From Cyanobacteria bacterium P01_D01_bin.156 (GTDB lineage: Bacteria; Cyanobacteriota; Cyanobacteriia; Phormidesmidales; Phormidesmidaceae), in the NCBI GenBank assembly GCA_039024555.1, contig JBCCQQ010000103.1, positions 1 to 13,059 of the forward strand: a DNA stretch of 13,059 bases, written 5' to 3'. The stretch's first letter is position 1. Every line of letters begins with the position of its first letter. Shown one piece after another: positions 1 to 7,302 of this stretch. Below the pieces are notes generated by a model that had not been told where the DNA came from, made no database searches, and saw only the letters and a program-made list of their open reading frames with translations. Made by a program: the position numbers and the translations under genes.

Positions 1-329
1 AAGAGATGGTTGCGATCGCAGAAATCTACGAAACCGACATCACTCAAATAGCCATTGGCCAACCCGCCACCATTACCAGTGAATACGGCGGCTTTGATGG
101 CACCATTCGTGGCACGGTTGAACACATTGGTTTGCAGATCGGCGCTCGTGGCCTTGCCGATGGCTCCACTAACCCCACTACGGATGAAAATCAGCGGGTG
201 GTGGAAGTCCGCATCCAAATTAATCCACAGGACAGCCCCAAGGTGGCTAGTTTGACCAACATGCAGGTGCGTGTGGAGATTGATGTGGCGGTCTCCACTC
301 AAAGGGCCGCAGAGGTAGGGACAGAATGA
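1..329 (+). CDS. devB: DevB/HlyD-family membrane fusion protein of an ABC exporter, C-terminal part (5' end outside the window)
   Basis: AEIYETDITQIAIGQPATITS...GTVEHIGLQIG...RVVEVRI...KVASLTNMQVRVEI matches the DevB C-terminus; ATGA overlap with the devC-like gene. Confidence 0.85.
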   Translation, partial: EMVAIAEIYETDITQIAIGQPATITSEYGGFDGTIRGTVEHIGLQIGARGLADGSTNPTTDENQRVVEVRIQINPQDSPKVASLTNMQVRVEIDVAVSTQRAAEVGTE

Positions 330-1525
330 ACTCTCTTAAAACCTATTGGCAAGTTCGTAAACCCCTCGGTTGGGCGCAGTTGACCCACCGCAAAATGCGA
401 TTGCTAGTGGCCCTGATGGGGGTGGCATTCTCAAATATTTTAATCTTTACCCAGATGGGGTTACGAGCCATGTTGTTTGATGGGGTCACCCTGGTACCCG
501 ATCATCTACAGGGAGATTTATTTCTGGTCTCGGCCTATGCCCCCAATATTGATCGCGGTCACTTTCCTAAGATTTATCTTTTCCAGGCTAATGCCGTTGA
601 GGGGGTGAGTGCAGCCAGCCCGCTGTATATTGAATTTTCCAATTGGGTAAATCCCCAAGATCTACCCGAGCCTGACGACGTTGAATTTGAACTGTTTCCC
701 AATCAGGTCAAGATTTTAGCCTTTAATCCTACCCAGCCTGTATTGGCTATTCCAGAAGTGACTCAGCAGTTAGATCGCCTCAATGCTCCAGGGGCAGCAC
801 TTTATGATCGCTTAGGTCAAGAAAAACTTGGCCCTATTGCAGAACAATTTAATCGACAAGAAATTGTTTCTACGCTGATGAGTAACCAGCGGGTGTACAT
901 AACAGGTCTCTTTAGCCTGGGTAGTACCCTCTTTGACAATGGTCATATTGTTATGAGTGATTGGAACTATAGCCAATGGTATGGCCAAGACGCATTAAAC
1001 CGGGTGAATGTCGGCTGTTTGACCCTGACATCGGGGGCCGATGTGGAACAGGTGAGATCTCGATTGCAAGCAGCCTTACCCAACTCTATTCGGGTACTAA
1101 CCCAGACAGAACTGGCCGAGTCAGAACAGATATTTCGAGCCTCGTTACCCAATGGTAAGGTTCTCAACTTTGGTGCAATGATGGGCTTTATCGTCGGTGT
1201 TGTGATTGTTTATCAGGTGCTCTACACCGACGTCAGCGACCACTTACCCGAATATGCCACCCTCAAGGCCATGGGCTATTCCGATCGGTTTTTGCTGGGG
1301 GTAATCTTACAAGAGGCGCTCATCTTAGCGGTGCTGGGCTTTATCCCTGGCTATTTTGCATCCTACGGGGTATATCAGCTGTTGGTACAACTCACGCGAG
1401 TCCCCCTCACCATGAAAGCGGCTGTTGCTGTGCAGGTGTTTGTCCTCACGCTGGTGATGTGTGGTGTGTCGGGGGCGATCGCCATCAACAAACTTCGATC
1501 GGCAGATCCAGCGGAGGTGTTTTAA
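326..1525 (+). CDS. devC: DevC-family ABC exporter permease (FtsX-like)
   Basis: PLGWAQLTHRKMRLLVALMGVAFSNILIFTQMG N-terminus, VIVYQVLYTDVSDHLPEYATLKAMGY motif and KLRSADPAEVF C-terminus. Confidence 0.92.
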   Translation: MNSLKTYWQVRKPLGWAQLTHRKMRLLVALMGVAFSNILIFTQMGLRAMLFDGVTLVPDHLQGDLFLVSAYAPNIDRGHFPKIYLFQANAVEGVSAASPLYIEFSNWVNPQDLPEPDDVEFELFPNQVKILAFNPTQPVLAIPEVTQQLDRLNAPGAALYDRLGQEKLGPIAEQFNRQEIVSTLMSNQRVYITGLFSLGSTLFDNGHIVMSDWNYSQWYGQDALNRVNVGCLTLTSGADVEQVRSRLQAALPNSIRVLTQTELAESEQIFRASLPNGKVLNFGAMMGFIVGVVIVYQVLYTDVSDHLPEYATLKAMGYSDRFLLGVILQEALILAVLGFIPGYFASYGVYQLLVQLTRVPLTMKAAVAVQVFVLTLVMCGVSGAIAINKLRSADPAEVF

Positions 1526-2199
1526 TGGCCCCTATTGTGGCGGTACGCCAGCTGACCCATGCCTTTGGTCGCGGAGCTTTACGCAAAACAGTCTTATCAG
1601 ATATCAATCTCACCCTAGAGGCTGGGGAGATTGTCATTTTAGAAGGTCCTTCTGGTAGTGGGAAAACCACGTTACTCTCGCTGATCGGGGCGCTACGAAC
1701 GATGCAAATCGGAAATCTCCAGATCTTTGGGCAAGACCTATTGGGGGCTAAATCTCGTCATCTCATGCAGACTCGCAGCCAAATTGGCTTTATTTTTCAG
1801 CATCACAATCTGCTCAACTGCCTCAGCGCTTGGGAAAATGTCAGCACCTCTCTGCGGCTCCATCCCCAGATTCCAAAACGGGACTATCGCTCCCAGGCAG
1901 TGGCTATGCTCAACGCGGTTGGGTTAGCAGACAAGCTCGATGCTTACCCTGAAAATTTGTCTGGAGGGCAAAAACAACGGGTTGCGATCGCGCGTGCTTT
2001 AGTCAGCCATCCTAAACTTGTCTTAGCCGATGAACCCACCTCTTCTCTAGACAGCCAGGCTGGACGAGATGTAGTAGAGATCATGCAGCGCCTTGCCCGC
2101 GAAGAAGGTTGTACCGTCCTGGTGGTTACCCACGACAATCGCATCCTCGACATTGCCGACAGAATCTTGCATATGGAAGACGGTCGGCTCCAGTCATAA
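1525..2199 (+). CDS. devA: DevA-family ABC exporter ATP-binding protein (224 aa)
   Basis: Walker A GPSGSGKTT, signature LSGGQ, Walker B LVLADE, H-loop VTHD. Start moved to ATG 1525 (TAATG overlap with devC, GGAGG at 1513-1517). Confidence 0.92.
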   Translation: MAPIVAVRQLTHAFGRGALRKTVLSDINLTLEAGEIVILEGPSGSGKTTLLSLIGALRTMQIGNLQIFGQDLLGAKSRHLMQTRSQIGFIFQHHNLLNCLSAWENVSTSLRLHPQIPKRDYRSQAVAMLNAVGLADKLDAYPENLSGGQKQRVAIARALVSHPKLVLADEPTSSLDSQAGRDVVEIMQRLAREEGCTVLVVTHDNRILDIADRILHMEDGRLQS

Positions 2200-2252
2200 A
2201 AAAGCAAAAAGAAAAACAGTGAAAAGAAAACGCACGGTTTCCGTTCCACTGT
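2198..2252 (-). terminator. Rho-independent terminator for the aldolase gene (possibly bidirectional)
   Basis: Minus strand ACAGTGGAACGGAAAC-cgtgc-GTTTTCTTTTCACTGT forms an imperfect hairpin followed by TTTTCTTTTTGCTTTTTT; lies between convergent genes. Confidence 0.65.
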
Positions 2253-2295
2253 CAGGTTGAGAGGATATTTTGCTTTACCTATTCGTTAAAACCGT

Positions 2296-3336
2296 TTAGA
2301 CCGCAGTCAGCTGCTTCTCCAGGTCGCTGCTATATTCACCTTTGCTAGCTAAACTATTAAACTTAGCCCGCTGCAACAGACGCTGTTTAGCTTCTGCAAT
2401 GTTACCATCCTTCCCTGCCCAATGATCTAAAGCAGGCTGTTGAATTGCCCGAGCATAGGAGAACGTTACCGGCCAGGGGCACTGACTACCAAAATGCTTA
2501 TTCATCGCATTCAGATGGGCAGAGGACTGCTCCTTAGTTTGACCACCCGAGAGAAATGCAATTCCAGCCACGGTCGCAGGCACATTTTTCAGCAGGCAAC
2601 GGATGGTTGCTTCCGCTACAGCGTCTACGCTAACGCTTTCACCAGACGCTTTACCAGGAACTACCATACTAGGCTTTAAGATCATCTGATCATAAGCCAC
2701 ACCCTGGGTGTAAAGCTGTGCAAAAACAGCATCTAGAGTCTCATCAGTCACCTGATAGCAGCGCTCTAAGGAGTGACTGCCATCAATCAGCACCTCTGGC
2801 TCTACAATTGGTACCAAACCGCCTTCCTGACATAGAGCAGCATAGCGCGCCAACCCATGGGCATTGGCTTCAATACAGGCTCGACTGGGAATGCCATCAC
2901 CAATGGTAATAACTGCACGCCATTTGGCGAATCGAGCCCCCATTTTGTAGTACTCCGCAATCCGATCCCTAAGACCGTCTAAACCCTCGGTCACCTTCTC
3001 TCCAGGATGCCCAGCAAAATCTTTAGCTCCAGTATCTACCTTGATGCCAGGAATCATACCTGCATCGGCAATGACTTTCAAAAAAGGCACACCATCACGG
3101 GTGGTTTGACGGATGGTTTCATCGTAGAGAATGGGGCCGCTTACATAGTCAGATAGCCCAGGTGTAGATAAGATCAATTCTCGATAAGTTTGCCGAGAAA
3201 CTTCTGTTGTTGGAATGCCTAAAGCGTCAAATCGCTTATTGCAGGTTCCATTGCTTTCATCCATTGCCAAAATCCCTTTGCCCTCTTGGACCATGGATTT
3301 GGCCGTAGATTGAAGTTCTTTGGTATAGGTGCCCAT
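2296..3336 (-). CDS. fda: Class I (Schiff-base, metal-independent) fructose-1,6-bisphosphate aldolase, 346 aa
   Basis: GKGILAMDES, GIKVD, FAKWR, PIVEPE, Schiff-base Lys in ILKPSMV, FLSGGQ, FSYARA. Start set at ATG 3336 (MGTYTKEL) with AGGAAGG RBS at 3348-3342. Confidence 0.95.
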   Translation of the reverse strand: MGTYTKELQSTAKSMVQEGKGILAMDESNGTCNKRFDALGIPTTEVSRQTYRELILSTPGLSDYVSGPILYDETIRQTTRDGVPFLKVIADAGMIPGIKVDTGAKDFAGHPGEKVTEGLDGLRDRIAEYYKMGARFAKWRAVITIGDGIPSRACIEANAHGLARYAALCQEGGLVPIVEPEVLIDGSHSLERCYQVTDETLDAVFAQLYTQGVAYDQMILKPSMVVPGKASGESVSVDAVAEATIRCLLKNVPATVAGIAFLSGGQTKEQSSAHLNAMNKHFGSQCPWPVTFSYARAIQQPALDHWAGKDGNIAEAKQRLLQRAKFNSLASKGEYSSDLEKQLTAV

Positions 3337-3383
3337 AATCGCCTTCCTAACAAAATTTTGAGTAAAGTGACAGTAACAAGCAG

Positions 3384-3402
3384 ATTGAAAATGATTTTCT
3401 AT
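3384..3402. promoter_or_regulatory. Fur-box-like palindrome ATTGAAAAT-G-ATTTTCTAT upstream of the aldolase gene
   Basis: 9-1-9 inverted repeat, 8/9 symmetric; fits ATTGAnAATnATTnTCAAT. Confidence 0.65.
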
Positions 3403-3424
3403 TAAGCTTGCACGGCCTCGTCTT

Positions 3425-3443
3425 ATTGACATATAATCTCAAT
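3425..3443. promoter_or_regulatory. Fur-box-like palindrome ATTGACATA-T-AATCTCAAT in the aldolase/hypothetical divergent promoter
   Basis: 9-1-9 inverted repeat, 7/9 symmetric, extending to TTATTGA...TCAATAA. Confidence 0.6.
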
Positions 3444-3496
3444 AATGACACACATGTCAACTATATTTTTGAATCAGTGATCGCGGGGCAGCTGTT

Positions 3497-3934
3497 ATGA
3501 ATGCAAGCACTCAAGCTGTATCAATTGGTATTATGGCAAAAATTGCCAGTATTCCGGTGTTATTCCGGGCGGAGTTTTCGTCAGCAATTGTAGACTTTAG
3601 TCCCTGGACCATGGATGAACAGACGCAGAAACATTGTGATCCTAACTCGATGGATTTTGCTTTTTCGTTTTCCAAGTTGCATCCCCAATTAAACTGTGGC
3701 TGCGTTTTATTGCAGGTTTGTTTTGTAAACCAGCTTTCAGATAAAAACAATCGCTTCCACGGTATTAAAGCCTCTGGCCATGGTCATCGGGCTCAGTATT
3801 GGAATTTCTCTACCATAACTGACTGGCGATTTGCCGGAGACTCGTTACCATCTGATGTGTGTCAGCAACAGCTCAAACATATCTTTCATCAAATCCATAT
3901 GCTGTTTGGTTATCCTGCTTCACTAACCCATTAA
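3497..3934 (+). CDS. Conserved cyanobacterial hypothetical protein (145 aa)
   Basis: MNAS.QA...KIAS...LF..EF.....D..PW..D..T....DP.S.D..F...W..ST...W...G pattern resembles a cyanobacterial hypothetical family as I recall it; function unknown. Confidence 0.75.
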   Translation: MNASTQAVSIGIMAKIASIPVLFRAEFSSAIVDFSPWTMDEQTQKHCDPNSMDFAFSFSKLHPQLNCGCVLLQVCFVNQLSDKNNRFHGIKASGHGHRAQYWNFSTITDWRFAGDSLPSDVCQQQLKHIFHQIHMLFGYPASLTH

Positions 3935-4063
3935 CTCAAACGGCCCGCTAGGTAAATCAGGTCCTAGATGAAATCTGTGTAACATCTGTTAGATGAACTA
4001 GGATATTAGCGAGAGCTCTGATTTTGTGAAAAACGCAGGTTCTAAATATAAGCAAGAATATAT

Positions 4064-4089
4064 GTCCTCTTCGACTACGCTCAGAGGAC
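4064..4089. repeat. REP-like hairpin GTCCTCT-TCGACTACGCTC-AGAGGAC
   Basis: Perfect 7-bp stem around a TCGACTACGCTC core that resembles a dispersed bacterial short repeat; lies between convergent genes. Confidence 0.55.
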
Positions 4090-4118
4090 GTTAGTTGATT
4101 TCGTTAGAGAGACTACTG

Positions 4119-4262
4119 CTAAAATCGCCAAGATTTATAATGCGCTTCAAATTCTCCGTAGATTAGCATAGCCCAGGAAAATGTGACTGTAATAGGTGAT
4201 AGTACCAACAGCAACCGTAAGTTTATTAAATCAAATGAACCCAAATTAAAGAGATTATGCAT
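4119..4262 (-). CDS. Small PsbY-like membrane protein (47 aa), not in the ORF track
   Basis: Manual translation: MHNLFNLGSFDLINLRLLLVLSPITVTFSWAMLIYGEFEAHYKSWRF*. It shows the PsbY spacing R-x6-P-x6-W-x5-G; AGGA 11 nt upstream; starts 35 nt after the psbF-fusion stop. Confidence 0.65.
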   Translation of the reverse strand: MHNLFNLGSFDLINLRLLLVLSPITVTFSWAMLIYGEFEAHYKSWRF

Positions 4263-4297
4263 AGTGCTATGCGTCCTAAAGTTTCTGCTAAATATGT

Positions 4298-4591
4298 TTA
4301 ATCCCTCAAGAATCCCTGAATCTCATTTAGAGTTGGCTTACCAAAGTTAATTACATTCCAAATAAGAGAAATCACTAGTGGCAGTAGCACTAGTGATAGT
4401 CGTGAGTCAATTCCAAAAACTTCAAGCTGGATAGGTAATTGAGGTTCACGTCTAATAAATTGCATAGCACCAATGGCTCCCAAAAACCAAACAGTAGGTA
4501 CGCCTAAGGCATGAATTGATAACCATCGAATAGTGTAAATGGGATATTCTATTGGCTGATTGGGGTCTCTGTTGGGAATATTAGCTGTCAT
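4298..4591 (-). CDS. psbF: Cytochrome b559 beta subunit (aa 1-48) fused to a C-terminal PsbY-like domain (aa 61-97)
   Basis: [33 protein letters not shown] is PsbF with the heme His; [35 protein letters not shown] is PsbY-like; AGGAG RBS at 4607-4603. Confidence 0.9.
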   Translation of the reverse strand: MTANIPNRDPNQPIEYPIYTIRWLSIHALGVPTVWFLGAIGAMQFIRREPQLPIQLEVFGIDSRLSLVLLPLVISLIWNVINFGKPTLNEIQGFLRD

Positions 4592-4615
4592 GATCTTAAA
4601 ATCTCCTTGAATATC

Positions 4616-4897
4616 TTATTGATTTAGCGATGGTGCTGTAAAAGGAACTCGGTCTTGGAAGTATTCATTAAGTTGTTGTTTTGCCTGAACACGATTTTCC
4701 ACAATCGGAGCATTGATTTGCCCTGCTCCATAATATTCATCAGGTCGAGGTGTACCAAATGCGTCGTAGGCCAGTCCCGTACTCACAAATAGCCATCCTG
4801 ATATAAACACAGCTGGAAAGTTAATCAGATGTAGCACCCAAAACTGTGGATCGGTAATAATGTCCGATAAAGGACGTTCTCCAGTAGTACCTGCCAT
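4616..4897 (-). CDS. psbE: Cytochrome b559 alpha subunit, divergent paralogue (93 aa)
   Basis: MAGTTGERP...W..H...[23 protein letters not shown]; heme His23 retained; AGGAG RBS at 4910-4906. Confidence 0.95.
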   Translation of the reverse strand: MAGTTGERPLSDIITDPQFWVLHLINFPAVFISGWLFVSTGLAYDAFGTPRPDEYYGAGQINAPIVENRVQAKQQLNEYFQDRVPFTAPSLNQ

Positions 4898-5077
4898 ACC
4901 ATCGGCTCCTATTAAAGAGTAGTTATTGATGCTTGATGGCTAAACTCAGAAATAAAATTCTGGCGTTGCTGAGCTTTGAGAGAACATAAGCCGCGAAAAA
5001 AACAGCAACAACTGCGGTAGCCAAACGCATCTCTTGAATTAGTAACGGTATTTTCTCAGTAACATTAGCTTGATTTA

Positions 5078-5096
5078 AATGATATTTATTGTCAAT
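5078..5096. promoter_or_regulatory. Fur-box-like palindrome AATGATATT-T-ATTGTCAAT upstream of psbE
   Basis: 9-1-9 inverted repeat, 6/9 symmetric; contains a minus-strand TTGACA (5095-5090) that could be the -35 element of the psbE operon. Confidence 0.6.
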
Positions 5097-5469
5097 AAGA
5101 TCTCACGTAAAAAAATGTTAACTCTCCAAGATTTGAATATCTTTTGTATGGCTTATCTAGCGATGCTTCTGCTGGAGAGTGTTGCTGATATTACAATGGC
5201 AATACTCATACATGTAACCCGCATGACAATCGTTAAGACTCTGTTTTCTTATCAATATCTATTCTCATTAGTGTGCTACTATAAAGCCCATGCTTTCAAC
5301 GTGACTTGCTCAGTTGGCCTAGGGATGTGGACTGCTTCAGGTTTTCTTGCTATGTGAAGTTTTCGATTTGCAGATGACTTTAACTGTGGCAGGTTTTGGC
5401 ATGCTAAGAGATTCCGTCTCTCTTATGGCGATTGGAATAAGACATGAAACTCTTTCTCCAGGTATTCCT

Positions 5470-6102
5470 ATGAGACTTTTAATACGGATTAGTCTAATCT
5501 TGCTAATGGGCTTTTTATGTCTGTATACAGCCCCTATGGCGCAGGCATCCACAGCAAAAGCGTTTGAAGGATCTATTCATAAGCCACAGCAGAAGAGTTC
5601 TCTCGAAGAAACTCTTGAGCAAGACTGTATCTCTATGACTGGGGCACAGGGGCTAAAAAAATGTAAGGATTTGATTGTACAAGACCAAAACAATTCAGAA
5701 GCCTGGAATCAGCTTGGTCGTATTTTTTATGATTTAGAGAATTATCAGGAAGCCTATTTATCATTCATGCTTGCCACGCAATTTCGGACAGATTATGCGA
5801 TTGCTTGGGCCAATATCTGTGCTGCGCTCAGTCAGCTGCAGTATTATAAAGATGCTTTAGATGCCTGTGATAAATCTCTAAGTGTTAACTTTTCATCAAA
5901 AGGGCCTGTTGATGAAAAGGTTTTGGCCTTGAATAATAAGACAGTAGCTCTTTATTTTTTAGGTCGTTATCAAGAGGCTCTTAAAATTTCTGATCAAGCA
6001 GTTGCGCTTAAGCCAGATGATGCTCAGGCCAACGTAAATCGTACTGTTGCACTCCATGCATTAGCTCATAAAATAGCTCCTCAAAGCGATGATTTCACAT
6101 GA
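5470..6102 (+). CDS. Exported tetratricopeptide-repeat (TPR) protein, about 210 aa
   Basis: TPR patterns (AWNQLGRIFYDLENYQEAY, AWANICAALSQLQYYKDAL, ALNNKTVALYFLGRYQEAL...KPDD); signal peptide MRLLIRISLILLMGFLCLYTAPMAQA from ATG 5470. The start is uncertain because the ORF is open from 5347. Confidence 0.8.
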   Translation: MRLLIRISLILLMGFLCLYTAPMAQASTAKAFEGSIHKPQQKSSLEETLEQDCISMTGAQGLKKCKDLIVQDQNNSEAWNQLGRIFYDLENYQEAYLSFMLATQFRTDYAIAWANICAALSQLQYYKDALDACDKSLSVNFSSKGPVDEKVLALNNKTVALYFLGRYQEALKISDQAVALKPDDAQANVNRTVALHALAHKIAPQSDDFT

Positions 6103-6123
6103 TGAGATTTCACATGATGAGAT
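6091..6123 (+). repeat. 15-bp perfect tandem duplication (GATTTCACATGATGA x2 + GAT)
   Basis: Copies at 6091-6105 and 6106-6120, spanning the TPR gene stop codon. Confidence 0.9.
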
Positions 6124-6218
6124 AGATGTATTGCTTGTGAAAGCATCTTACTACCCCAATATTCTCTACGTCATGATTGTTTGAAAGAATTATTTGTTAA
6201 GTCTACCTGTAGGTATAA

Positions 6219-6836
6219 GTGATGATTATTTTCGCTTTAAAGCGGTTAGCGTTTTTCGCCATGGCCATTTGCCTTAGTTTTCTTCTATGGTATGAACCTG
6301 CATTTGCAATTACCTACTCATTTCAATCACCTGGAACACCGGGGCAAGAGGGTGTTTTGATGGGTTCTGTTACGTATGATTTGGAGATTGCCCGTAAAGC
6401 GTTGGAAAATATGACCTCCAATAGAGGGACATCCGGAGTACTTAACCTCGAAGAACTAGGAGAGGGTAGTGAGTTTTCCTTCGAGTATGTTTCTCCTCAT
6501 TCAGGAGTAAGGCATTCGGAACAAACTATTTGCGATCGCAATATTTATGATCTCAACAATGGTCTGGAAGGTAATGATGTCATTGGTGGAAAAGAAGGTC
6601 CATTCTTCGATTTTAATGGTTATTCTGATTTAGTGTCAGTTGACTTTAAATCCTGTGTGGGTAACAAAAATGAGTTTGGCGTTTCTTCCATCTCAGAGCG
6701 AGACCCTCAAGTTGCCTATAGTGAACTTGAATCTCAGTTCAATCAACTTTTGTTAGTTGAATCTGATTATAGCGGCATTAAACCAGGACGATTTAAGAAA
6801 AAGCTACCTATCAAATTTAACCTAGAAGAGCCATAG
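6219..6836 (+). CDS. Exported hypothetical protein (about 205 aa)
   Basis: Signal peptide ...KRLAFFAMAICLSFLLWYEPAFA|ITYSF, acidic mature part with two Cys; GTG 6219 or ATG 6222 with AGGT upstream. Confidence 0.7.
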   Translation: MMIIFALKRLAFFAMAICLSFLLWYEPAFAITYSFQSPGTPGQEGVLMGSVTYDLEIARKALENMTSNRGTSGVLNLEELGEGSEFSFEYVSPHSGVRHSEQTICDRNIYDLNNGLEGNDVIGGKEGPFFDFNGYSDLVSVDFKSCVGNKNEFGVSSISERDPQVAYSELESQFNQLLLVESDYSGIKPGRFKKKLPIKFNLEEP

Positions 6837-6959
6837 TTCTCCGTTTGAGTCCTTTTGACAGTCGTGCTCCTGGCTCTCCTAGCCTGTTGCAGTAGTTTAA
6901 CCGTGCTGGGCGCAGCGCGGCTTTTTCTATCGAGAGCCCGTGGGACAGTATGTTGGATA

Positions 6960-7259
6960 CTAAAACAATTCATCCTCCACTGAGGTCTGAATTTTACAAT
7001 CTGACGTGGGATAGGCCACGCAGATCAGAGCATAGCCTTTAGATAACTGGTCATCATCCAGAAACGACTGATCAGATTGATCAACAGTCCCCGATAGAAC
7101 CTTTGCTACACAAACACAGCAAGCACCTGCTCGACAAGAGTACGGCAGGTCCATTCCCGCTTCATTAGCCGCATCTAATATATATTTATCCTTTGGCACT
7201 TCAATGGTCTGCTCAATATTGGAGGGTGGCTCTACCAGCGTGACTTGAAAGGTTCTCAT
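6960..7259 (-). CDS. petF: Plant-type [2Fe-2S] ferredoxin (PetF-like paralogue)
   Basis: [49 protein letters not shown], acidic C-terminus EDELF. Confidence 0.92.
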   Translation of the reverse strand: MRTFQVTLVEPPSNIEQTIEVPKDKYILDAANEAGMDLPYSCRAGACCVCVAKVLSGTVDQSDQSFLDDDQLSKGYALICVAYPTSDCKIQTSVEDELF

Positions 7260-7302
7260 GACGGGCAGTTGTTCTATGATTTGGATATTATTTTAGGCTA
7301 TA

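Noticed and set aside
1459..1524. Upstream start for devA
   Set aside because: Overlaps the devC end; ATG 1525 has an RBS and TAATG coupling.
1..2199. devBCA as evidence of heterocyst glycolipid export
   Set aside because: DevBCA paralogues are common in non-heterocystous cyanobacteria, and no hgl genes are in the window.
3337..3432. 32-aa N-terminal extension of the aldolase in the ORF track
   Set aside because: No aldolase similarity; it overlaps the palindromic sites, and a good RBS precedes ATG 3336.
3446..3459. TGACA-N4-TGTCA inverted repeat as another Fur box
   Set aside because: Spacing does not fit the 9-1-9 geometry and it is too short to call.
3935..4297. Expected psbL and psbJ downstream of psbF
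   Set aside because: No ELNRTSLY or GRIPLW-like sequence seen; only the PsbY-like ORF is present.
5079..5357. 92-aa plus-strand ORF
   Set aside because: Starts inside the Fur-like box, has no RBS or recognisable motif, and lies in AT-rich promoter DNA; not fully excluded.
6219..6836. PEP-CTERM protein (ITYSF-type mature N-terminus)
   Set aside because: No VPEP-TM-basic sorting tail; the protein ends at NLEEP.
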